This document shows positions 37,180 through 47,721 of a stretch of DNA of 57,080 bases, piece by piece; position 1 is the stretch's first letter; the number at the start of each line of letters is the position of its first letter. The position numbers were made by a program, and so were the translations under genes. Source of the stretch: Phycisphaeraceae bacterium (lineage in GTDB: Bacteria > Planctomycetota > Phycisphaerae > Phycisphaerales > Zrk34); the NCBI GenBank assembly GCA_040905565.1, contig JBBDRF010000011.1:1-57080 (forward strand), in the 5' to 3' direction. Below the pieces are notes generated by a model, which saw nothing but the letters and a program-made list of their open reading frames with translations, did not search any database and had not been told where the DNA came from.

Positions 37180-38340
37180 TCAGGCCGGGGTCATACTCTT
37201 GACGTCGACCCATTGCCCGGTGCGGCCGCTTTCGAGGACGGCATCGCAGACACGCTGCGTTTCGAGAGCGTCACGGAAGGTCGGGCCGGTCGGCTCGCCG
37301 CTGGAGAGGTTCTTCAGGAAGTCGGCGACCTGGTGGACGAACGTGTGTTCGTAGCCGATCTGCAGACCGGGGACCCACCAGTTGCCCATGTAGGGTTGAT
37401 CGCCGTCGGTCACATGAACGCTGCGCCAGCCGCGGACGCGGGATTCGTCGCTGTGGTCGAAGTATTCCAGGCGGTGCAGATCATGCAGGTCCCACGCGAT
37501 CGAAGCGTGCTCGCCATTGATTTCCAGATGGTACTTGGCTTTGTGGCCGCGGGCGTAACGGGTAGCTTCAAAGGTGGCGACGGAGCCGTTGGCGAAACGG
37601 GCCATGAAGATCGCAGCATCGTCGATGGTGACCGGTTCCTTCTTGCCCGTCTCCTGATGCATGCGTTCTTTGACGAACGTTTCGGTGAGGGCGGAGACGC
37701 TTTCGATCGAGCCGTTGAGCCAGATGGCCGTGTCGATGTTGTGCGCGAGCAGGTCGCCCGTGACGCCCGAACCGGCCACCTTGGCATCGAGGCGCCACAG
37801 GGCCGTACCGCCCTGGGGCACGTCTTCGCTGATGGTGAAATCCTGCAGGAAAACGGTGCGGTAATGGAAGATGCGACCGAGCCGGCCCTCGTCAATGAGG
37901 TTCTTGGCCAAGGTGACGGCGGGCACGCGGCGGTAGTTGTACCAGACGGTGTTGGGCACGCCGGCCGCTTCGATGGCCTCGACCATCGTCTCGCCTTCCT
38001 CGGCGTTCATGGCAAGCGGCTTCTCGCAGAGGATGGCTTTGCCGGCCTTCGCGGCGGCGATGGCGATCTCCGCATGGGAATTGTTCGGCGTGCAGATATC
38101 GATCGCGTCGATGTCGTCACGCTCGATCAGCTTCCGCCAATCGGTCTCGACTGATTCATAGCCCCACTGGTCTGCGAAGGCCTGCGCCTTCTCCTGCGTG
38201 CGGCCGCAGACGGCCTTGAGGACGGGGCGGTAGTCGACATCGAAAAAGTTGTTCACCCGGCGGTAAGCGTTCGAGTGCGTCCGCCCCATGAAACCGTAGC
38301 CGATGAGTCCGATTCGAAGTTCTTTTTTCGCTGCTGCCAT
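37180..38340 (-). CDS. Gfo/Idh/MocA family oxidoreductase
   Basis: [31 protein letters not shown]. Confidence 0.92.
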   Translation of the reverse strand: MAAAKKELRIGLIGYGFMGRTHSNAYRRVNNFFDVDYRPVLKAVCGRTQEKAQAFADQWGYESVETDWRKLIERDDIDAIDICTPNNSHAEIAIAAAKAGKAILCEKPLAMNAEEGETMVEAIEAAGVPNTVWYNYRRVPAVTLAKNLIDEGRLGRIFHYRTVFLQDFTISEDVPQGGTALWRLDAKVAGSGVTGDLLAHNIDTAIWLNGSIESVSALTETFVKERMHQETGKKEPVTIDDAAIFMARFANGSVATFEATRYARGHKAKYHLEINGEHASIAWDLHDLHRLEYFDHSDESRVRGWRSVHVTDGDQPYMGNWWVPGLQIGYEHTFVHQVADFLKNLSSGEPTGPTFRDALETQRVCDAVLESGRTGQWVDVKSMTPA

Positions 38341-38373
38341 TTTAGTTAGCCTTTCGTTTCCTTAGTTACCCGA

Positions 38374-38406
38374 CGCACCACCGCTCCCTTACGGTCGCGG
38401 CTCGTT
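38374..38406. repeat. REP-like singleton, family 1
   Basis: CGCACCACCGCTCCCTTACGGTCGCGGCTCGTT. Confidence 0.8.
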
Positions 38407-38419
38407 TTGAGCGGTATTT

Positions 38420-39466
38420 TCAGTTCCAGCCGTGTGCGTCGCGGACGGCGACCATCGCGCCGAGGATCTCGTTCCAGGTGTTCGCATCTTCCATCACCTT
38501 GTTGGGGAACATGCAGCCGTCCCAGCACATGTGCTCAATCTGCTTGGTGGGGTTGCCCTGCTCATCGCGGAGCCAGAAGCCGGCGTGGTGCGGGATGTCT
38601 AGCTTGCCGTTTGGATCGTTGGGCAGACAGTGGCGGCCGGTCTTGTCGTGGCTGCCGGAGCCGAACACGGTGGCGTCGTTCTGGGCGACGTGGAAGTCGA
38701 TCGTCCAGGGGCGAAGCGCGGCGGTGACGGTCTTGAGCGCGGCATCGAGTTCGCCGTTGTCGGAGGCCCAGTCGTAGCCCTCGGGCAGGACGGCATCTTC
38801 GGGGGCGTTGTAGCCCATCAGGTACAGCAGCGTGTGCGCCATGTCGGCCTGGAATCCGAAGCTGCCGGGCTTGTCGACGCGTTCGAGGAGGTCGACCATT
38901 TTGCGCCAGCTGTGCATGCCGCCCCAGCAGATTTCGCCTTCCGCAGCGAGCCGTTCGCCGTGGCCCTCAGCCACTTCCGCCGCTTCGCGGAGCGTCTGGG
39001 CAGCAAGCTTCTGGTTGCCTTCGGGATCCTTTGACCAGTCTTCGACGCTGCCGCCGGTGTCCAGGCGGATGATGCCGTAGGGCCTGACGCCGAGTTCGCG
39101 GAGCTTGCTGGCGATGCGGCACGCCTTTTTCACCTGCCCGACATACTGCTGACGTTCCTCAGCGGAGCCGAAGGCGGACCCGCCGCCGGTTGGGGGCCAG
39201 ACGGGCGCGACGACGGAGCCGATCACCAGGTTCCGCGACTGCACCTTGTCGGCGAGCGTTTTGAGATCGTCGTCGGTGGAGTCGATGTCGACGTGGGGGG
39301 CGAAGAGGAAGAGGTCGACGCCGTCGAACTTCTGCCCGTTGACTTCCGCTTTGGCGGTGTGGTCGAGCATGGTGTCGAGGTCGATGGGCGGGTTCTCGGT
39401 GCCGGGCTCTTTGCCGACGACGCCGGGCCAGGCGGCGTTGTGCAGTTTGGGGTAGGTATGGCTCAT
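38420..39466 (-). CDS. Xylose-isomerase-like TIM barrel (sugar isomerase/epimerase/lyase)
   Basis: Metal-ligand pattern [22 protein letters not shown]. Confidence 0.75.
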   Translation of the reverse strand: MSHTYPKLHNAAWPGVVGKEPGTENPPIDLDTMLDHTAKAEVNGQKFDGVDLFLFAPHVDIDSTDDDLKTLADKVQSRNLVIGSVVAPVWPPTGGGSAFGSAEERQQYVGQVKKACRIASKLRELGVRPYGIIRLDTGGSVEDWSKDPEGNQKLAAQTLREAAEVAEGHGERLAAEGEICWGGMHSWRKMVDLLERVDKPGSFGFQADMAHTLLYLMGYNAPEDAVLPEGYDWASDNGELDAALKTVTAALRPWTIDFHVAQNDATVFGSGSHDKTGRHCLPNDPNGKLDIPHHAGFWLRDEQGNPTKQIEHMCWDGCMFPNKVMEDANTWNEILGAMVAVRDAHGWN

Positions 39467-39504
39467 GGTGCGCTCCGCTTGGAAAGCTAAAAATGATTAA
39501 ATTG

Positions 39505-39537
39505 AAAAAACGGCCCCGACGCATGACGCCGGGGCCG
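39505..39537 (-). terminator. Rho-independent terminator
   Basis: CGGCCCC...GGGGCCG stem followed by T6 on the minus strand. Confidence 0.7.
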
Positions 39538-39547
39538 AGTGGTGGTC

Positions 39548-40804
39548 TTACTTGACGTGGTCGCCGACGCTTGGTGCTTCGGGGTTCACTTCCGGCCCGA
39601 AGTAGCGAAGGATGACCAGCGGTTCGGTGGCGGAGGTGTTCTCGAAAGTAAGCCCGGCCTGCGCGGCGGGGGCCGTGATGAACACCTCATCTTCGGTCAT
39701 GTCGGTGAAACGAATCAGCTTCGGGCAGTTCAGCGGCAGGTCGTTGAGGCGACCTTCGCCCTGAACGACGATGGCGGAGCTGGCGCCGTTATCGTGAATG
39801 GTGACGGAGCCGCCGGGCTGAACGGTGAGCTCTTTGGCGGTGAAGAACTGGCCGCCGTCGATGCGGCCGTAGACGATCCACTTATCGACGTGGGCGTCGT
39901 CGGCGGTGTGGACGATGGGCTCGAGGTAGTTGTTCTTTTTGAAATCGGGATCGACGTTGCGGGCCCAGTCGAGCTGTTCGACGATGAAGTCGAGGTCCTG
40001 ATGCTTATCCTCGGGCATGTCCTTCACGAGCAGTGCCCAGGGCACCTCGCGGCCTTCGACGAGGGACTGATACATGCCGAACACGTCCGAACCCCACTGC
40101 GGTTCGTAGGTGCAAAGCGACCCCGGCGCGTGCAGGACGGAGGGGGGAATGAGCCAGCCGGTGCCGACTTTCAGACGGTGTGCCTGGGAGATATCGAGGA
40201 TGCCGTTGTCGCCGCGGTTCCAGTCTTCAAGACACTTGCGGACCTGGGCCTTGGTGGTGCCGGGGTTGAGGCCCATGAAGGTGTAGGGGAAGTTGTTGCC
40301 GACGTTGTTGTGCTGCGGCGGGAAATAGTAGGACTCGGGCTTGCCTTCCTGCCCGACGAGCTTCGCCTGCTCGGCGTTCTGGTGCATGTGATGCGGGATG
40401 GGGCCCATGTTGTCGAAGAACTTGGAGTAGACGGGCCACTTGCGGTACTTGTCCCAGATGGGCTGGCCGATGATGTCGGCTCCGAGTTCGTCGACGACAT
40501 CGCGGAGAAGGAAGCGCTGGTCATTATGGACGACGTAGGAGAGGCCTTCGTCGGGGACGCGGCCGTCGTTGGCGGCTTCGGTGGTGGAGCCGAACCAGCG
40601 TTCGTCGATGCCGCCGCGGTTGAGGCCGTAGGCGTAGAGATCGTCAGGGTGGAGTTTGAGTCGCTTGCCGGGTTGCAGGAAGGAGCGAGGCACCCATGCG
40701 GGGGCGAGTCGGAGGAGGCCTCCGGATTCGCTCATGGCGGCCTCGGCGACGGCTTTGACGTTCGAACTCTGCGTGGTGAGTGCGCTGACGGAAGTTACGC
40801 TCAT
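39548..40804 (-). CDS. Cupin protein, phosphomannose-isomerase type I-like
   Basis: SKFFD...PHHMHQ, GKPESYY, LHAPG..YEPQ..SD, matching the PMI Zn-ligand spacing. Confidence 0.65.
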   Translation of the reverse strand: MSVTSVSALTTQSSNVKAVAEAAMSESGGLLRLAPAWVPRSFLQPGKRLKLHPDDLYAYGLNRGGIDERWFGSTTEAANDGRVPDEGLSYVVHNDQRFLLRDVVDELGADIIGQPIWDKYRKWPVYSKFFDNMGPIPHHMHQNAEQAKLVGQEGKPESYYFPPQHNNVGNNFPYTFMGLNPGTTKAQVRKCLEDWNRGDNGILDISQAHRLKVGTGWLIPPSVLHAPGSLCTYEPQWGSDVFGMYQSLVEGREVPWALLVKDMPEDKHQDLDFIVEQLDWARNVDPDFKKNNYLEPIVHTADDAHVDKWIVYGRIDGGQFFTAKELTVQPGGSVTIHDNGASSAIVVQGEGRLNDLPLNCPKLIRFTDMTEDEVFITAPAAQAGLTFENTSATEPLVILRYFGPEVNPEAPSVGDHVK

Positions 40805-40888
40805 ACTACTTGCCTCTTACAAAAATGGGTCGTCTTTTTTACCCGCGCTGATCGGGGTTTGCAACCGCTGGCTAAGGTCGCGGCACCA

Positions 40889-40912
40889 CCCACGGCGTCA
40901 CGCCGTGGGCTT
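40889..40912. repeat. REP-like palindrome, family 3 (next to a degenerate family-1 copy at 40863-40884)
   Basis: CCCACGGCG-TCA-CGCCGTGGG-CTT. Confidence 0.65.
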
Positions 40913-40920
40913 GGTTTCGA

Positions 40921-43900
40921 TCACTCTTGAAACACTTCATGGTCGGGGTCGCCGCCGCTAATGATGAAGGCCATGAGGTCGCGCAGTTCTTCCTCATTGA
41001 GGGTGTTCACCAGGCCGGGCATCATCGGGGAGATCGGCGATTCGAGTGTCATGACGACTTCTTCGCGGTTGATGTTGGTGAAGTCGCCCGGTGCAAGCGG
41101 ATTGGTGACGATGTTGAGCGTGTTGCCGTTGAGGTTGGCGACACGGCCGATGACCTGCGAGCCGTCCTGCATCGTGAAGATGGTGTTGCGATACTGGTCG
41201 GAGACGTTGAGGTTGGGTTGCGTGATCTTCGTGGCGAGGTCGCGCGGGCTGAAGCGATTGGCGACGACGGTGAGATCAGGCCCGGCGGCTCCGCCTTCGC
41301 CGGCGAAACGGTGGCAGGCGTAGCACTGGGCGACGCCGAACATGCGCCGGCCGTTCTGATAGTCGCGGCCTTGGAGTTGGCCGTCGATGGCTTCGAGGAT
41401 GCCATCGACATCCCAGTTGCGGACGTGTTCGCGCGGTCCGGCATTCAGACCGGGCAGTTGAGGCGTCTCGGCCCCTTCGAGAATCTCCGCCAGCGCTTCC
41501 TTCTCGGCGTCGTCGACGTGCGCCAGTGCCGCATTGCGGATATTGTTGAGGAATCCGGAGAAGCTGGCCCCGCCTCGGTATGCCGCCGCTTCGTTGAACC
41601 AACCGAAGTAGGCTCGACGCTGCTCGGCGTCCCAGCCCTCGGGGAGGGTGCGGAGCACGAGGGCGTAGTGGATCTGCTCTTCCTGGGTGGGGGCTGAGCC
41701 GAGCTGCGGCAGCGTTCGCTCGATGATGGAAGCGGATTTGCTCGCATCATCCTGCGCCAGGTAGACCAGCAGACGGCTGAGTTCGTAGTTCTGATTCCGC
41801 GTCGGGGCGGGGAAGCTCGGGCTGAGCTTCGCCCAGACAGCGTCACGCATCGCAGCATCGGGACGGCCCATGCGGATGAACGCCAGCTGATAGGCGCGGA
41901 GCAGGGCGAGCTTCTGAGGCTCACGCAGGTCGGCGTAGTCAATCTCGTTCAGCGCGGCGATGACGTCCGCTTGCGCGTCCTCCTCACCGTTTCGCGCCAG
42001 GGCGATCATCGCGGTGATGCGGGCGGCGGGATTTTCCTCCGCGAGCGCCCGACTCTGCCAGTGCTCGACGGGCTGATGTTCCACCGCGATGCGGGCGGCG
42101 TAGCGGATCGAGCGGTCGGCATGGCCGAGGTAGAGCCAAGCCGTTTCGATTGCGTTTTCGTCCTCTTCGCCGTGGAAGCTTTCAAGGATCTGCCGGGTCT
42201 GATGCAGCTCGGCGAGCTTGGGATCAAGCGTGGGCGGATCGGCGGGTGCAGTGGATTCTTCGCCGACGTAGGTGACGCGGTAGAGGCCGGATTGCGTGCC
42301 GCGGCCGCCGATGGCGAAGTAGAGCGCGCCGTCGTGCGGGTTAACGCGGATGCCGGTCAACGGCAGCGGACTGGCCTGCGCGAAGACTTCGTACTCAGCG
42401 GTGTAGCTGGCGCCATCGGGTTCGATGTGGACGGCGTAAAGCTCACCAAAGCTCCAGTCGCAGATGAACAGGGCGTGCTGATACTTCGCGGGGAAATCCG
42501 TGCCGTAGCCGAAGGTGATGCCGGTCGGCGACCCGACGCCAAGGTCGATCACCGAGCCGAGCGAATCTTCATAATATGCGGGCCATTTGCCCGTGCCGTG
42601 GCGCCAGCCGAACTCCGCACCGCTGACCGCATGGTTCACGCGGACGGGGCGATACCAGGGCGAACCGATATCCCATTCCATGTCGGCATCGAAGGTAAAC
42701 AGGTCGCCGGCGTGGTTGAAGGCGATGTCGTAGGGGTTGCGGAATCCGCTGGCAATCAGCTCGAATTCCTCGCCGTCGGGGTCGGTCCGGGCGATCCAGC
42801 CGCCGGGCGCCATGACGCCTGAAGCATGACCGCCTGCATCGGGCATGCGCTGCAGCAGTTGATCCTCTTCCCAGTTGCGAGGCACGCGGGAGTGCTCGGG
42901 ATCGGGCACTTGCGTGTGGTTGCCGGCGACGATGTAGATTGATTCGCCGTCGGGCGAGAGGATGACCGAGTGGGGGCCGTGCTCGCCGCCGCCTGAGAAT
43001 TTGCGGAGCAGTTCGAGCTCGTCGAATTGATCGTCGCCGTTGGTGTCCTGGGCACGGTAGAAGCCGGCACCCTGGGCGGCATTGCCGTTGACCACGATGT
43101 AAAGGCTATCGAACGCGTAGAGCAGGCCCTGAGCCTGCGAGATGGGCAAATCGAGCGGCTCGACCTTCGTCTGGTCGGCACGGCCATCGACGGGCGGAGG
43201 GGTGATGCGGAACAGCCCCTTGCCGCCCTGATCCGACGCGATCAGACGCCCCTGATCATCCACGGTCAGGCTGACCCAGGAGCCCTGCTGACTGCCGGCC
43301 ACGTCATGAATCAACTCGGCCTTGAAGCCCTCCGGAAGCTCAAGGGCATCGGGATCCGTGGCGCGGCTGACGGGGCCGGGCTCACGGCGGGCGACGGCGA
43401 ATACATTGCCCCAGGGATTCATACCCATCTCGCCGAAGCTGTGGCTGCGTGCCCAGTCGGCGTCGTCGAAGTCCGGCTTATGCCAGCCGTCCGGTGCCGC
43501 CGACGCAGCGGCCCAGCTCTCGTCGGTCACGATGACCTGGCGCTGATCGCCTTCGCCGATGACCAGCTCGACCGCAAGGCCCGCCTGGCCGTCATGACGC
43601 TCCCCGGTCACGGTAATCACGTTCGTGCCTTTGCGGAGGTGCTGCTGAACCGCTTCGATGTCCGCCTGCTCCCAGTTCTCCGACTGGATGACAGTGTGAC
43701 CATTGACCCGGAGCGTCAGGGCGTTGTCGCAAGTGGCGATGACTTCCGCGTGCGGCGCTGCTTCCCCGGTCCACGTGACATCGAACGTCTTCCTGAAATG
43801 GACGGTGTCATTGGCCGACACATCCTGTCCGAGCCAAATCCATTCAGCTTTGGGTTGCTCAGCATGTGCCGTGCTGAGGGAAGCGGCGAGTGCCACGATA

Positions 43901-43998
43901 ACTGCGAACGGGTATACCCATCTATTCACGTTCAATCTCCGAAAGCCGGGGTGCGTCTGAAAAGCCTGATCTTGCCTCTGTTGCATACATCGTACCAA
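40921..43998 (-). CDS. PVC-type membrane-bound dehydrogenase / haem-binding protein
   Basis: Signal peptide, sugar-binding-like N-domain (AEWIW, FRKTF, CDN), beta-propeller (GFRNPYD, DADMEWD), HEAT-like repeats, C-terminal CYACH and GPDL. Start uncertain. Confidence 0.85.
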   Translation of the reverse strand: MVRCMQQRQDQAFQTHPGFRRLNVNRWVYPFAVIVALAASLSTAHAEQPKAEWIWLGQDVSANDTVHFRKTFDVTWTGEAAPHAEVIATCDNALTLRVNGHTVIQSENWEQADIEAVQQHLRKGTNVITVTGERHDGQAGLAVELVIGEGDQRQVIVTDESWAAASAAPDGWHKPDFDDADWARSHSFGEMGMNPWGNVFAVARREPGPVSRATDPDALELPEGFKAELIHDVAGSQQGSWVSLTVDDQGRLIASDQGGKGLFRITPPPVDGRADQTKVEPLDLPISQAQGLLYAFDSLYIVVNGNAAQGAGFYRAQDTNGDDQFDELELLRKFSGGGEHGPHSVILSPDGESIYIVAGNHTQVPDPEHSRVPRNWEEDQLLQRMPDAGGHASGVMAPGGWIARTDPDGEEFELIASGFRNPYDIAFNHAGDLFTFDADMEWDIGSPWYRPVRVNHAVSGAEFGWRHGTGKWPAYYEDSLGSVIDLGVGSPTGITFGYGTDFPAKYQHALFICDWSFGELYAVHIEPDGASYTAEYEVFAQASPLPLTGIRVNPHDGALYFAIGGRGTQSGLYRVTYVGEESTAPADPPTLDPKLAELHQTRQILESFHGEEDENAIETAWLYLGHADRSIRYAARIAVEHQPVEHWQSRALAEENPAARITAMIALARNGEEDAQADVIAALNEIDYADLREPQKLALLRAYQLAFIRMGRPDAAMRDAVWAKLSPSFPAPTRNQNYELSRLLVYLAQDDASKSASIIERTLPQLGSAPTQEEQIHYALVLRTLPEGWDAEQRRAYFGWFNEAAAYRGGASFSGFLNNIRNAALAHVDDAEKEALAEILEGAETPQLPGLNAGPREHVRNWDVDGILEAIDGQLQGRDYQNGRRMFGVAQCYACHRFAGEGGAAGPDLTVVANRFSPRDLATKITQPNLNVSDQYRNTIFTMQDGSQVIGRVANLNGNTLNIVTNPLAPGDFTNINREEVVMTLESPISPMMPGLVNTLNEEELRDLMAFIISGGDPDHEVFQE

Positions 43999-44086
43999 AA
44001 CGCCGAATCCGCCGGTAGCCGATTCCTGCCTCGGCAGGCGCGGACAAATCGGATCGGTTGGCGCTGACGGGATCGAATGCTGCGGT

Positions 44087-44929
44087 TCAGTTCCAATGTT
44101 TTTGGATCAACTCAATGCCCTCGGTGTAGACCTGCTCAGGGCTTGTCGACAAATCGCGCCAGACGCGGGTGGCGGCGGCGAGTTCCGGCAGGGCGCGACC
44201 GAACGCTTCGATCGTCAGCCAGCCGTCGTAGTCGATCTCCTTGAGCGCGGCGAAGGTCGAAGGAAAATCAACATGGCCCCGGCCCGGCGTGCCGCGATCG
44301 TTCTCGGAAATATGCACGTGACGGATGACATCGCGGTGCGCTTTGATCACGCCGACGGGGTCCTTCTCTTCGATGTTCGCGTGGAAGCTGTCGTACATCG
44401 TGTGGAAGTTGGGGTGGTCGACCCGGCGAACATAGTCGGCAGCATCCTGCATCGTCGTCAGGAAGTAGCACTCAAAGCGGTTGAGGTACTCGATGGACAG
44501 GGCCACGCCGGCCTTCTGGGCGTGTTCGGCGGCTTCGTGATGACACTCGGCAGCGTGGGCACGCTCGCTTTCGGTGGGGCCTTCGCCGGTGAACACGGCG
44601 AGGGGCTGATGGAACGGGCCGATCATTCTTTCAACGCCCGCCGCTTCGCAGCAGTCGATCGCCCACTTGAGTCGCTTCAGGCCTGCAGCCCGGCAATCCG
44701 CGTCGACACTGACAAGGCTGTGCTGCTCGTCGGGAATGACGGTGACGGCGGTACGTCGCAGGCCGAGGTCGTCGAGCACCTTGCCCAGCTGCTGGTAATG
44801 GTCGGTGTCGCCGTCGAAGATCGGAATTTCCACGCCGTCGTACCCGGTGTCTTTGAGGGCCTGGAGCAGCTTGTGATGCTCTTCGGTGATGAACCCCGAC
44901 CACAGCAGCAGGTTAAATCCGATCTTCAT
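44087..44929 (-). CDS. D-psicose/D-tagatose 3-epimerase family protein
   Basis: GYDGVEIP, EYLNRFE, DSFHANIEE, HVHISENDRGTPG, IEAF. Confidence 0.85.
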   Translation of the reverse strand: MKIGFNLLLWSGFITEEHHKLLQALKDTGYDGVEIPIFDGDTDHYQQLGKVLDDLGLRRTAVTVIPDEQHSLVSVDADCRAAGLKRLKWAIDCCEAAGVERMIGPFHQPLAVFTGEGPTESERAHAAECHHEAAEHAQKAGVALSIEYLNRFECYFLTTMQDAADYVRRVDHPNFHTMYDSFHANIEEKDPVGVIKAHRDVIRHVHISENDRGTPGRGHVDFPSTFAALKEIDYDGWLTIEAFGRALPELAAATRVWRDLSTSPEQVYTEGIELIQKHWN

Positions 44930-45188
44930 GATGTACGACCCTCACTTGGTGTTAGCAAAAACATTCGCCTCAGCCCCCGCCCGAACATCGAGGGGTACCC
45001 GATCCAGCACGATCTGGCAAGTTACGAGAGCCGAATCGACCACAGGCCAAACACCATTTGTCTGGTTTCCTGCCGCGAAACGACCGATGAACCTTTTGGT
45101 CGCGTCGCGGCAGCGTCGTATACTCAAGGCGTGCAAGCAAGCGGGTTCGTCGGCGACTTATTCTGGACCATTCGACGGAGATGAGGCT

Positions 45189-45956
45189 ATGAAGGGCGTG
45201 ATTCTTGCAGGTGGGCTGGGGACGAGACTTCGACCGTTGACGCTGGTGACCAACAAGCACCTGCTGCCGGTTTACGACAAGCCGATGATCTATTACCCCA
45301 TCCAGACGCTGCTGAACGCGGGCATCGATGAGATCCTGATCGTCACAGGCGGCGAGCATGCGGGCGACTTCCTGAAACTGCTGAAGAACGGCAAGCAGCT
45401 GGGCATTCGGCACCTTGAGTACGCCTACCAGGAAGGCGAGGGCGGCATCGCCGATGCGCTCAAACTCGCGAAAGACTTCGCTGACGGCGACAAGATCTGC
45501 GTCATCCTCGGCGACAACATCATCGAAGGTAACGTCCGCAAAGCCGCTGGCGAGTTCTTCACCCAGGCTGGCGGGGCGAAGATTCTGCTCAAGGAAGTGC
45601 CTGATCCCGAGCGCTTCGGCGTGGTCGCGATGCAGGGGCGACAGGTGACGGAGATCATCGAAAAACCCGAGCACCCCCCTACCGACCTGGCCGTGACAGG
45701 CATCTATTTTTACGACAACGACGTCTTCGACATCTGCCAGACGCTCAAGCCTTCGGGCCGCGGCGAACTGGAGATTACCGACGTGAACAGCCATTACCTC
45801 AAGCAGGGAACGCTGACGCACGAGGTCCTCGAAGGTTGGTGGACCGACGCCGGCACGTTCGATTCACTCTACCGCGCCACGAAGCTGGTCGCCGACGGCG
45901 GCGCGAACCACATGGACCTCGCCTCCGCCCAGCCTCCGCTGTTCTCCGGGGCGTGA
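45189..45956 (+). CDS. Glucose-1-phosphate thymidylyltransferase-like nucleotidyltransferase
   Basis: MKGVILAGGLGTRLRPLT, KHLLPVYDKPMIYYP, LGDN, RGELEITD, WTDAGT. Confidence 0.9.
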   Translation: MKGVILAGGLGTRLRPLTLVTNKHLLPVYDKPMIYYPIQTLLNAGIDEILIVTGGEHAGDFLKLLKNGKQLGIRHLEYAYQEGEGGIADALKLAKDFADGDKICVILGDNIIEGNVRKAAGEFFTQAGGAKILLKEVPDPERFGVVAMQGRQVTEIIEKPEHPPTDLAVTGIYFYDNDVFDICQTLKPSGRGELEITDVNSHYLKQGTLTHEVLEGWWTDAGTFDSLYRATKLVADGGANHMDLASAQPPLFSGA

Positions 45957-46022
45957 TGCGTTAGCGGGCGATCGCAGATCGCCGTTGCCCCCTGCAGGGC
46001 AAACGCCTACGAAATTCCGTAT

Positions 46023-46142
46023 GCAAGGGTGCCCCGGCCAGCGAAGACGGCCGGGCGAGATGGCGATAGCAGCCCAGGCAGCGCTCGCAGGTCCCGGGAA
46101 ACCCGGCCGTCTCGCTGCGCTCGCTGGCCGGGGCACCCCTGC
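46023..46142. repeat. Long imperfect inverted repeat (REPIN/MITE-like) between convergent genes
   Basis: GGGTGCCCCGGCCAGCGA / TCGCTGGCCGGGGCACCC (18 bp) plus AGACGGCCGGG / CCCGGCCGTCT (11 bp). Confidence 0.7.
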
Positions 46143-46184
46143 GGACTGCTTTATGGCACCCGCCACATAGAGCCTGGGTACGCG

Positions 46185-47591
46185 TCACAGCACGAATCGG
46201 CTCAGATCCTCGTCCTGCGCGATCGGCGCGAGGCGTTCGCTGACCATCGATTCGGTGACGTGCAGTTGCTTCTCGCCGTCTGCAACGAGGTCCGGGGCGT
46301 CGAAATTCACCTGCTCGAAGAGCTTTTCGACGATCGTCATCAGTCGGCGTGCGCCGATGTTTTCCGCCTGCTGATTAACGCGCGTGGCGATGTCAGCCAT
46401 GGCTGCGATCGCGGCCTCGTCAAAGGTGACACTGAGTCCCTCGGTGCCGAGCAGCGCCTGCTGTTGTTTCGTGAGGGCGTTGCCGGGATCGGTGAGGATG
46501 CGGATGAAGTCGTCGCGCGTGAGGTCCGTCAGGTTCACGCGGATGGGGAAGCGGCCCTGCAGTTCGGGCATCAGATCGCTGACGCTGGCGCTGTGAAACG
46601 CACCGGCTGCGATGAAGAGGATGTGGTCGGTGTTGACGACGCCGTGGCGGGTGGTGACGGAAGAGCCCTCGACAATCGGCAGCAGATCGCGCTGCACGCC
46701 CTGCCTTGAAACATCGGGCCCGCCCTTGCCGCCGCCTTCGCCGCCGGTGGCGACTTTGTCGATCTCGTCGAGAAAGATGATGCCCGACTGCTCGGTGCGT
46801 TCGATGGCCTCGGCGGTGAGCTTGGCCTGATCGAGCATCGCTTCGGTTTCCTGCTCAAGCAGCACCTTGCGGGCTTCGCGGATGGGCAGGCGTTGGCGCT
46901 TGGACTGATCGGGGATGAGGTTCTCGAACATCTTGCTCATCTCAGGGTCCATCTGGTCGAGGCCCATGTTCGCGAACATGCCCATCGGGACCGCCTTCTG
47001 CTGGATGGAGATCTCGACCTCGCGGTCTTCCATCGCCCCGCTGCGGAGCTGTTCGAGCAGCCGTTCGCGCGCACGTTCCCGACGCTCTTCAGATTCCTCA
47101 GTCGAGACGAATCCCCCCCCACTGCCGCTTTCGCTTCCGCCGGTGGTGGCTGGGCGTCGCCGCTGCGAGGTTGGCGCGGGAGGCAGGAGCAGATCGAGCA
47201 GGCGGGTTTCGATGCGTGCTTCGGCCTTCTCGCGGACGGCCTCGGCATGTTCGGTGCGGACGATGGAAATCGCCTGCTCGAGCAGATCGCGGATCATGCT
47301 CTCAACGTCGCGGCCGTGGTAGCCGACTTCGGTGAACTTGCTCGCTTCGACCTTGATGAACGGGGCACCGGTAAGGTTGGCGATGCGGCGGGCAATCTCC
47401 GTTTTACCCACACCGGTCGGCCCGATCATGATGATGTTCTTGGGGCTGACCTCGCGTGCAACTTCCGCCTCGAGCTGCTGACGACGCCAACGGTTGCGAA
47501 TGGCCACGGCCACGGCCCGCTTGGCGTCGGCCTGCCCGACGATATAGGTATCCAACTTCGCGACGATCTGTTTCGGTGTGAGATTCTGCAT
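46185..47591 (-). CDS. hslU: ATP-dependent protease ATPase subunit HslU
   Basis: LTPKQIV, RNRWRR, GPTGVGKTEIARR, GYHG, FLDEIDK, QRDLLP, PELQGRFPIRV, DLSRFVL. Confidence 0.95.
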   Translation of the reverse strand: MQNLTPKQIVAKLDTYIVGQADAKRAVAVAIRNRWRRQQLEAEVAREVSPKNIIMIGPTGVGKTEIARRIANLTGAPFIKVEASKFTEVGYHGRDVESMIRDLLEQAISIVRTEHAEAVREKAEARIETRLLDLLLPPAPTSQRRRPATTGGSESGSGGGFVSTEESEERRERARERLLEQLRSGAMEDREVEISIQQKAVPMGMFANMGLDQMDPEMSKMFENLIPDQSKRQRLPIREARKVLLEQETEAMLDQAKLTAEAIERTEQSGIIFLDEIDKVATGGEGGGKGGPDVSRQGVQRDLLPIVEGSSVTTRHGVVNTDHILFIAAGAFHSASVSDLMPELQGRFPIRVNLTDLTRDDFIRILTDPGNALTKQQQALLGTEGLSVTFDEAAIAAMADIATRVNQQAENIGARRLMTIVEKLFEQVNFDAPDLVADGEKQLHVTESMVSERLAPIAQDEDLSRFVL

Positions 47592-47721
47592 AGATCCGGC
47601 ATCATAGCACGAGTCGCGCCTCCTCACGGAGCCGGGCTCTCCCCAGCCCGGTCGTGTGCTCCTGCGTGGCTGTTATACTGGGCGTTTCGATCGCGGATGG
47701 ATAGGACCGTAAGGAGCGTGT

